Origin: Vitrella brassicaformis CCMP3155
Taxonomy: Eukaryota; Protista; Chromerida
Assembly (NCBI GenBank): GCA_001179505.1
Contig: CDMY01000236.1
Coordinates: 62,001-126,000, forward strand
Direction: 5' to 3'
Length of the DNA stretch: 64,000 bases
Of this stretch, positions 50,328 to 60,256 are shown piece by piece (within the stretch, counting starts at the first letter, position 1; each line of letters starts with the position of its first letter). A model generated the notes under the pieces. It was not told where the DNA came from, did not search any database, and saw only the letters and a program-made list of their open reading frames with translations. A program made the position numbers and the translations under genes.

Positions 50328-53300
50328 TCATTCGTCACACGCACCCCAATCAACGCCCTCGGCCCACTTGACGCGCAGCGGGGGGAGATAGGCCGGCAAA
50401 ACCGTCCCAGCGGGCTCGATCGGGGCCACAGGCACCACCACCATCCTCCCCTTGCCCTTTCCGGGGAGAGGCGTGGCGTTGTTGATGGGGCTGTATGCGG
50501 CCAGGTGCTGGTGGAACGGGTAAAGGGGCAGCTGCATGCCGGCCATCATGTCGTCCCATGCGTTGGTCAGCAGCGGGGAGATAAGCTCGCGCAGCATGTC
50601 GATGTGCGACCTCCTCACCTCGATCAGCAGCTCGTCGTGGAGGTTGAGCACCAGGTTGGCGTCGAGGGCCGGATGTTCACGTAGCGCGTCAGCGACCCGG
50701 AGGGTGGCGAACTTCATGACGTCGGCCGCGCTGCCCTGGATGACCATGTTGCTCGCCTGCCGGTCCACCCGCGGCCTGTTGGTCACCCGCTTCCTCTTCT
50801 CGCCATCCTTGGCGCCTCTCGCCGACACCATGTCGGGGAAGAACCGCTTGCGGCCGCCTATCGTGCTCACGCATCCCTCCGTCCGCACCTGGTACTTGCA
50901 AAACTCAAACAGCTGCCGCACACGCGGGAAGGCCTCGAAGAATCGCTCGATGTGCGCCTTGGCGGCGGCGCGGTCCATCATGGCCTGTTGCGCCAGCCCG
51001 TCGGCCGTCTGGCCATAGAGGATGCCGTAGGTAACCTTCTTAGCCTCATCGCGCTGCTGGGGGGTCACCTGGTCAATGGGCACGCCGAAGAGTCGCGAGG
51101 CGGTCTCGCGATGGACGTCGCCGGTCTGGATGGCCGCCAGGAGGGAGGTGTCGAGACTCAGCCGCGCCAGGATGTCGATCTCCATCTGACGATAATCCAC
51201 AGCCACATAGACCAAGGGGTCGGATGACGAGTCGTTGCCACCCGCGTCGTGTGTGAGGGAGAAGGCCTGGCGGACGTTGGGGGGGATCTGCTGCAGGTTT
51301 GGCCGCTCACATGCGAGCCGCCCGGTGCCTGTGCCGGTCTGTAGGAAGGAGCAGTGTATCCTGTGGGTGGTGTTGGAGACGTGACGCTGAAGAGGCACCA
51401 CGAAGCCGCTGTCCTGCTTGGAGATGTCGCGGTGATCCAAAATCAGGTCAATGAACCTGACAGACAGACCAAGGGAGGGAAGGGCAGCACATGAAGGTAG
51501 GTACCGTACCGCATGCCTTTCTGTGTGCTCAGCTGGGGGCGTGTGTCGGCTATCTCACTGACCTAATGGCTCGATGTATCTCCTCGTCCGTCTTGTTCTT
51601 CACCACCCCCTCCCCGGCCTCAGTATCCCGCACCTCACCCTTTCCCCTGGCATCCACTTCCTCCTGCAGCCTCTTTTGCAGCTCCTTGAGCGCATACACA
51701 GACGTGGACTTGTCTGTCTTGGGCGCGTTGGCCTGCTTGAGACGCACCGAGGGCATCCCGAAGTCATCAAACAGCACCTGCCCCACTTGTGCGGGCGACC
51801 TCGGGTTGAACTCGCGACCGGCAAGCTCGTGCAGCTCCCCCTCGATGACGTCCGCCGCGCTGCCCTCTCCTCCTTCCCCACCGCCCTCCTTTCGCCCCTC
51901 GAGCCTCTGGAGGACAGTCACGTTGAGGGGCATCCCTCTCTGCTCCATGGCAGCCAGCACCGGGATCAGTGGCCGCTCTAATCTCTCCCACAGGGACCAC
52001 AGCACCGCATCTCTCAGGCGACTCTCGAGAGCGCGCCACAGAGGGATCAGAGACGTGGAGGGGTCGGGGGCGTCAGGGGCGTCAGTGGTGGGAGAGTCGG
52101 GGAGGTATGTGGCCATGAGCTGTGCGAGGGGCTGCCGATGCAGGTCGGGCTCCAGAAGCCAGGCCGCCACACTGACGTCGAAGCACCGGTCGGCCGGCAG
52201 AGGCGGCATGCCCATGGCCTTGAGCCCATGCAGGACGCTCTTGATGTCGTCACTCACCCAGAGGGTCGACGGACCAGACAAAGCGGCCGCCAATGAGGAC
52301 GCAATGGGTCCACCAGATGACGACAGGAGGGCCGGTGACAGCGACACATGGCAGATGCGGCCTGATGGTGTGGGCAGCGGAAAGGATATGTTGATGTGCA
52401 GGCGGTCCACATCCGGCGGGTACTTGAGAGGGAGGCTGGGAGCCGCTGCGGCCGGTTTGCTGCTCTTGCGCTGGCGGGTCGACGGCGGCTTGCCGACAAG
52501 CGCCTCGCTCATGAGGATTGACGCCACAGGCGATAGCATACCATCCTCCAATACGGCCGCATCGTCCGAAAAGGACACAGCGGATGGGTCGCTCTCCTCC
52601 ACAGCACGCATCAAGGATGACAGGGAAGAACCTTCTTCGCCTGTATCCTCCATGACGTCTTCAGGGGCCGACTGGCGGTTGGCGGCCGCATCTGGCCATC
52701 CGTTGAGGGAAGGGGCGGCCTCCCGCACTGAAGGCGCGTGGGTCACATGGTCGGTGGGGACGGTGAGAGGCGGCACCACGGGGTGCTGCCGCGAGAGACT
52801 CGCAAATCCCCTCGTCTGCATCGAGATGGGCGCCGCGACTGAGCTGTCGGCTGATGCTGGCGCCGCATTGCCGATCCTTGGCGTCGGCGGCAGCATTCCC
52901 ACTTCGACGAACTGCCTCTTGGTTCCCTTCATCTCGAGCTCGTCCAGCAGCTGCGACAGCTCCTGGGCCTGAGGAGGGCGGATGAGGTAGTCGGTGAGAG
53001 AGGAGGAGATGGGCAAAGAGGTGTTGAGGGTGGTCGTCTGCAGGGTGCGGCGGCACTGGGCCATCCTGGCATCGTCTTGCCGGATGGTCCTCAGCTCCAA
53101 ACGCACCTTACGGCTCACATGGGGGTCGTATCGCCCGTGCTCCAACACACCCTGGAGAGAGAGCCACACACACAGAGAGACAGAGAGAAAAGGTCATACG
53201 TTTGTCGCGTCCCCTTTCCCCTCTGACTGACACCCTGCACTGACTCACCTCGAGGTTGCCGTGTTGTTGCAGCAGTTTCTGTGCCGTCTTGGGCCCCACG

Positions 53301-54388
53301 CCCTTGACGCCCTCCACAGAGTCGACGGAATCCCCCACGAGCGCCAGGTAGTCGGGCACCTGGTGCGGCTCGATGCCCAGCTCCCGCCGCAGCCTCTCGC
53401 GGGTCATCGAGTACTGGTAGGGCCCTCCCGCCTTCCACCCCCTCCCCCCTGCAGGCCTGTGCGGCAGCAGGCACTTGACGCGGTCGTTGACGAGCACCTG
53501 CCACAGGTCCTTGTCCGACGACAGAATGAGGATCGACGATATCACGCTAGAGAGGTCTTGTTCGTCCCACTGGTCCAGCAGCTTCTTGGTAAGGGTGCCA
53601 ATGACGTCGTCGGCCTCCCATCCCTCGTACTTGACGCCTATAAGCTCGTCCGAGCCAATGGTGGGGATGCCCGCGAGGTCGAGCAGCTTGAGTGCCAGAG
53701 GGAACTGCACGGTGAGGTCTTCTGGCTGTGCGTCGCGGTCCTTCTTGTAGTCGGGGTATATCTCCTTCCTCTCTCTGTGTGAGTCCTCGCCCTCCAACAC
53801 CGCCACCATGTGGTGCGGCTTGTAGTGCCGCACCAGCTTCAGCACCGACTGAGCCAGCCCGTAAACGGCCCCCGTCGGCACCTCTGCCGTCGTCCGCAGG
53901 TCCTTGAGCGCCCAGTAGGACCGCACAATCATGCCCGCCGCGTCGATGATCACAAAGGGCGGTCTGGAGGCTGAGGTGGACTCTGCCGCGGCTGATTGAG
54001 CCGTGAGGGGGAGCCATGAGGAGGATGGCTCTGCCGGCAAGGAGAGTCCATAACGTGACAGGGCAGTCGTCCGTCGGCCATGCGCCAGTGGAGGGATCCC
54101 AAAACAGACGGGCGACCGCCTGACGCGGCCGGCAAAAGCCATTGCTGATGGATCTGGTGGTCTCGCCAATGCAGAGATCGATGAAGCCATTTGGCAATGC
54201 ATCGGCGCCCGAATGGCTCTCGTTGGTGACAGCATCGACAGAAACCACCCCATCACGACGACCAGGAGACGATAAGGGCAGCAGCGTGACGCTCTCCTCC
54301 TCAGCTCATGGTGATCTTGTCCAGTCACCGATTCCCTCTCGGGAGAGGCCGAGGGTGGACAGATGTGCGCTGAAGATGGACGATGCAT
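50328..54388 (-). CDS. polA: DNA polymerase I (family A): 5'-3' exonuclease, degenerate 3'-5' exonuclease and polymerase domains; probable organelle presequence; 3 exons
   Basis: 5'-nuclease motifs FVIIDAAG..RSY, YPDYK..R, EADDVIGT, SSDKDLWQ, LALVGDSVD..GVKGVGPKTA. Pol motifs TGRLACERPNLQQIP, DYRQMEIDILARLS (A), RDEAKKVTYGILYG (B), IQGSAADVMK, LHDELLIEV (C). Introns at about 53152-53248 and 51458-51555. Confidence 0.93.
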
Positions 54389-54621
54389 AACTGATCTAAG
54401 TCCTGATGCCCTTTCCGCGATGAATGCATAGCTTCCCTCTGCCAGGGTTCTCTTTCCAAGCTCGCAGGGTTTCTCGAAACCCGAAACCCTTAACCGCTCT
54501 CTCTCATCGCGTGACACTCCCCCCACTTTGTTTCGGCTCCTTTTGGCACAACACAGAGATCGCCAGCAGCCCCGATGAGTAGGAAGCGCTGAGAAGCTGC
54601 TTTCTTTTGATTGATTCATTG

Positions 54622-56095
54622 ATGGAGCTGACGGCAGCGTTGCGGTCCTCCCTGGTGCGCCTGGTGCATCTGTGCGCAGATCGCGGCCTCTGTGGCGTCA
54701 ATGAGGCTAAGGAATTCATCGCCCTGGGCCTGGTGTCGGTGGACGGCAAAGTGGTGGACCGGGGCGGTGGCACTGCAGTTGGCGGCGGCGGTGTGTGGGT
54801 CGAGAGGGACGCTGAGGTGCAGCTGCTTCCCCGTGCGCAGCGGGTGCAGGCCAGCAAGGTGACGGTGCTGCTCAACAAACCACTCCACTACCTTACTTAC
54901 GTAAGTGAGAGTAAGACGCGGGCATCCATCATCATCATTGGTTCATCTTTCGTTCTCATTTATTCTGTGTGTCTGATCAGGCTGCTGCGTCTTCCACAGC
55001 GCCCCCCTCCCGTCGTCTGTTGACGGCGGCCAACCGGCACGTGTCATGCTCCAGCCGCATCGACCTCGCCAAGTGCCGCAAACTGCACCCCACCGACCAG
55101 CTCGACGCGGACACCACTGGACTCGTCGTCTTCACACAGGTCCGTGGCATGGCACAGCACGCACCACACAGGAGCGAACATTCCTGCGGTGAGTGAAAAA
55201 GTGCGCATTTGTGTGTGTGTGTATCAGGATGGCCGTGTGGTGTCGCTGTTGTCCGGCCGTCATGGTGGTGTGCAGGTGGAGCGGGAGTACCACGTGCAGG
55301 TCAGGGGGAGACTGGACGGACAGGTCGGTCAGTGAGGCAGCGGACGGAGAACATAAGGACCGACCGACGCCCATTTCGTCGTCCATGCTGCTGTCCGTCA
55401 TGTCATGTGTGCAGGTGTTGGGTCTCCTGCGTCACGGTCTGACCATGGACGGCATCGACCTGCTGCCCTGCCAAGTCGACCAGGTCATGGTGTCACGCCG
55501 ACACAGTAAGACAAGAACCCAACAGCCCAGAAAAGATGACAAGGCCGCCAGTGGGGAAGGACAAGAGACAGCGTCCCAGCTCTCATCTGAAGATCACCAA
55601 AGGACAGGACATCCGGCCGATGATGACGATCAGAGGAAGGCTGCTGGAGATGAAATGATGATTCGATCCGATGGGGCGCTATCCGTCTCGTCCGATGCAT
55701 TGGATGAGGCGGCGGTGGTCGATGAATGGCCGAGCGCCCTGCTGCGCTTCATTCTCAAGGAAGACAGACCAAGACAGGTCGGTGGGCGGGGTGTGGTGCT
55801 GGCCTGGCTCGGCCGTTAAGACAAGACAACCACCGGTCTGGTCGTTGTGGCTGTGTAGGTGCGGAGGATGTGTGCGATGGTTGGCCTGGAGGTGGAGCGG
55901 GTGCATCGGGTGCGAATTGGTAGGGGAGAGACAGACAGACCTCAGGGAGGGAGGAAGGGACGGAGAATCACTTGCACAGAGCCTCCAGATGTGGAACGAG
56001 CTGCTGTGTGGTGTGTGTGTGCAGGGAAGGTTGATGTGTCGCGGCTGCCGTTGGGCAGGTGGAGACTGATGACCAAGTATGAGTCGTTCGTCTGA
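54622..56095 (+). CDS. RsuA/RluE/RluF-family pseudouridine synthase with S4-like N-terminus, multi-exon
   Basis: LCADRGLCGVNEAKEFIALGLVSVDG (S4), VTVLLNKP, LDADTTGLVVFTQ|DGR, VEREYHV, LLRHGL.MDG, LRFILKE..RQ|VRRMCAMVGLEV..VHRVRIG|..LPLGRWR. Confidence 0.88.
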
Positions 56096-57339
56096 ATGAT
56101 CCGATCCATGCATCCAGACTTGCCCGCCCCTGTTTGTACAGATTGATTAGGTCGCATGAGATAGCGTACGTGAGGCCCTTTGAGTGACCTTGCTGATGCT
56201 TGGCATATCATATGCTCACGCACGCACCAGTGTCCATACCATAGAGGGGGGCATGTATTGGACACACATGAACGAACGAACGCCGCACGGCTCCCCTCAT
56301 GTGTGTGTAAGGCTGTCTGTATGGGTAGGTATGGTATGTGCCTGCCTACTAGAAAACCTCCTCGAAAAACGCGAGGAGTGAGTGGCTAATAAAGGGACCA
56401 AGACAAACGGCATGGCAATGCAGCGCCGGACAAGCCACCTTCCAATGGTGTGCCTGCCTGCCTGCCTGCCGGAGTGGACAAAGCGTCGCAGATGTCAGTC
56501 ATGTCGTGCACGTGTGCGCAAGAAAGTCGGCCTACATGCGTGAACCGATACTTGCATGCATCACGGACGCATCAATCACCGCACTCAGGATCTCTCCCGC
56601 ACATCGATCCATCCGCCCCAACAAAAGGTCGGACTGGTTGTCTGCTATCTGCAGCAGCCATGCCTGGCGGGTGTATGCCGTTGGCGACCCGTTTGCGACC
56701 GTAGATTTGATGCTGGCGGTCAGGCTGCACCCGTCTACGATCGCAACCCAGTCCAGCAACGGCACAAGCCACAGGAAACAGCCCATCAAGAGAGGAGAGG
56801 TCGCATTGACTAGTAAACCCTGTCTGTCTGTCTGTCTCCGTCCGACATGGCCACGCGCCCCTCCCTGCCCCAGTCCACTTCGCCTGCCGAGCCTGGATGC
56901 CATCACACAACGACGCATGGCTGGATGGCAAAATCGTTTAGGCCAAAGAGAAAGCGCGGGCATGTCCACCTGTCCACCGCAGGGAAAGACTAGTACCACT
57001 CGACCAACACAGCGAGCGACACAGAAAGGAGCCACTAGTCGTTTCCCCATTACTAGTATCAACACACACATGGACGGACACACTGACTACAAAACCCTCT
57101 GCTAGACAGCCAAAGAGTCAGTCAAGGGAGGGAGGGAGGGAGGGAGGGAGCGATGGGAGCAGATAAGTCATCCCAGACACGATGCACCATGCACTGCACC
57201 GTACACACGTCAGCACAGCACACACACACATTCACGCACAGCCGATAAAGGCAGAGAGAGCGGGCGAGGAGGGGAGCATCAGTTCTCACCTCACCGTACC
57301 ATGTGTATGCAGCTATCGATACCTACAAAAACCTTCACA

Positions 57340-60122
57340 CCTACCTACGAGAAAGAGGCCTACTCACTCATTCATGCACTTAATACTCCCACAGAGAGAG
57401 AGAGAGAGAGAGAGATCTCACCGCACCAAGAGCAGTGCCAGCACGCCAGCCATGATGGCGGCCGTCGACAGGGCCCCCCGGTGTGTTGCGTCAGCGGTAG
57501 CATCAGCTTCCCTCGCTGCCACCTCCTGCTCTACGTCGTCCTCGATCTTGGGCAGCTTGCCCTGAACAACACATGGACAGTGAACACACGAATCATGGTC
57601 GTGTCCCCCTCGCCCCCTCACATGCCACGCACCCTTCCGTACCATTTCGTCCCACCAGCTCCAGCCCCGCAGCCACAGCTCCTGACCAAAGGCACCTGGT
57701 GGCCAGCCAAGGGACGCGCACACACGACAGTAAGGCTATATGGCGGTGTGGCATGATATGATTCATCAGCCAGCCCAGCCAGCCCACCTACCTACCTCCC
57801 TACCTTTGTAGTCGACGATATCGAAGAAGCCATCGTTGGGCAGGGTGCGGTCGATGTTCCTGGGTGGAGGGAGGATGCACAACACAAACAGACATGCACA
57901 TGCCATGCCCATCTCGTATCGTAGCTGGCCTGGCCGCATTCGTACACCTATTTGCGTGTTGGCACCTGTATGCAGCCCCGCCCACTCGTGGTCTAGGGTC
58001 AAAACCACCTCCGCGAGCGTCCTCCCGACCGTCGATGCACGGGTCAGCCTGATCGATCAGATCAGCCAACATTCGCATCACATCAAGGATCAGCTGTGGG
58101 TGTCTGCGGCATTATTCTCATGCAAATATGTGGATACGTTTGCCAGTTGTGGGTCTTCTGAAAGGTATGTGGGCTGCGGTGTGTAGTCGCCGTCCTCGTA
58201 GATGGGCGAGTCGATACGCCACATGACGTTGAGCGGACTGAAGTACTGCACCGATCAAGGAAGGAAGCAAGAAACCACACAAAATGCATCCATCATGCGG
58301 TGAGCCGTCCTTGGATCTTGTGGAAGGTGTACCAGGTAGTCGGGATGGCGGACGCTGTACGATTGAGGCGACTCCTGAAACCAACGTGGCAGCAATCCTC
58401 CCATCCACACCTGTCCTCCTCGTTGTGGCCTGTGGCCGGCTACCTGGGTGAAGTTAGCGGCTCCGGAGGCCTCGAAGTGCTCAAAGTAGACTGCAGCGGG
58501 GCTGTCCTGTATGATAGTGTTCAGAAACTGCCCGCCGATGCCCTCGCGAAAGTGGATCATCCGACGGTGCTTGACATTCCGCTCGCACTCGGCCTCGGCA
58601 CTGCCGGGGCCCAGCAATGTCGCCTACACACAGAGGTGAAAGAGACGCACGCAGACACTCTGCTTGTGCTTCACTCGCTGTTGCCGTTCATGTCCTCCTT
58701 ACATGGGATATGATTGGGTGTGTCCGCGGCTGGGCAGCGTAACCGATTTCATCGTTGTTATCCATCTAATACGCACACGACATCCAGCAACACCAGTGCA
58801 CCCCGTGGATGTGTCTGCCGGTCCTGGTTCTCACCTCGAATGCATGGTCGATGAGCACCTGGCTGCCCGTCTTGCCGTCCTTACACAAGACGACCAGAAT
58901 GAACTGCCCGCGGCCCTGGTAGCCTTCGTCGGTATCGATGCCGTCGTCACCCACACACAGCACCGACGCGTACTTGAAGTCCACGGTGCCGCCAAAGAAC
59001 TGAACGACCGACCGGGAGACAAAGAGCCTCAAGGTGTGTCTATCCATCGGACAAAGTTTTGTTCTCGTTCGGTGTCACCTCGAGTCCGTCGTCGAGGTTG
59101 TAGGCCACTTCGATGTGGTCGACTTTGGTCCCGCTGCCCACACCACCAAATGTGATGCCGTTGATCTCGTTCCCCTCACCCAACTCTGGTGAACACAAAC
59201 AGAGAATGGGACTGACAGCTGAGCCTTCCGTTGACGACTGCGTACCAGCGCCGCCGTACCACACCCTGACATAGTGCAGCTCTCCGCTGCTGTCAGAAGG
59301 GTCATCCCCGCCGAACCTGACGTTGGGCACTCCCTCGATCACATCCCTGTCGCCCATGTTGGTGGGGGCCCTGCAGCCATCCATCCATCCATCCATCCAT
59401 CCATCAGACAGACAGACAGACAGACATAAGCTTATCATCCACACACCACACATGGAAGGTATGTCTGTCACGACGGACCTGCCGAGTATGATGAGTCCGC
59501 CCCAGAGTCCTCTGGCGGGCAGGACGCTCTCCTCCTGGTTCGATGTGAAGGTGATTGGATCCGACACCGTACCCATCGCCCTGATCTTCCCACCAGGCTC
59601 GATGATCAGCGCCGGGGCATACCTACCGTAGATTTGCACCAGACCAGCACAAATGACGGGCATCGGCCGTGACGTGACATGCATCGTATTCTTCCTTCCT
59701 TTTGTTTACCCTCTGCTCCCTAGTCGGTTGGCCCTGATGATCACACCTGAGGGAGGGAGGCACACAGGTCAGTGAGGTGGCATGCAGCGCCTGAGATCGA
59801 GGTGTGCTCATCCATCTGCCGATGGATGTTCTGCCCTGCCCTGCCCGACCTGCTTCGATGGTGAGTGTGGCGGACTCCTTGACGAAGACTTGCTCCGCCA
59901 GCACATACACATTGTCAGCCGTCCAAGTGGTGTCAGCTACGTATGGGGCAAATCCATGGGGAACAAAAGACGGATCATAGAAATGGCATGCATCATCCGG
60001 CCTGCTCCAGCATCCATGCATGCCTTCGGCGCACCTGTGATGTTCTCGCGCAGCGTCACCTCCTGCCCGCGACCTTTGACCACCAACAGCAGTGCCGCAG
60101 CGATGATGTACCAGATCTTCAT
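57340..60122 (-). CDS. Type I membrane/surface protein with a bacterial-like parallel beta-helix-type ectodomain, many exons
   Basis: Signal MKIWYIIAAALLLVVKG; ENIT|ADTTWTADNVYVLAEQVFVKESATLTIEAG; ALIIEPGGKIRAMGTVSDPITFTS; RGLWGGLIILG; DSSGELHYVRVWYGG; NEINGITFGGVGSGTKVDHIEV..DDG; FFGGTVDFKY..DDGIDTDEGYQG; DGFFDIVDYKG|AFGQELWLRGWSWW; C-terminal TM AAIMAGVLALLLV. The 3' end is uncertain. Confidence 0.75.
59378..59425. repeat. (CATC)n(CAGA)n compound microsatellite in an intron
   Basis: catccatccatccatccatccatccatcagacagacagacagacaga directly visible. Confidence 0.9.
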
Positions 60123-60256
60123 TTCGAAGGACAAAAAGGGCGAGCCCCTCGCCAAGGTGTACCAGATCTTCATCAGAAAGAGAGAAAAAGGCAATGTCTG
60201 CGTTCAAGCTCGCACCTGCTGAAACCGCTGCTTACCTGGTGGCAGATCTATGAGTG

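Noticed and set aside
51491-52972. 493-aa plus-strand ORF
   Set aside because: Antisense shadow of the GC-rich polA exon, with no motifs.
50328-54388. Viral or polinton/plasmid insertion suggested by a DNA polymerase
   Set aside because: It is a family A, not family B, polymerase. It has spliceosomal introns and a targeting leader, and no capsid, integrase or terminal repeats lie nearby.
56100-57300. 199/183-aa overlapping ORFs
   Set aside because: No motifs and microsatellite-derived residues; most likely converging UTRs.
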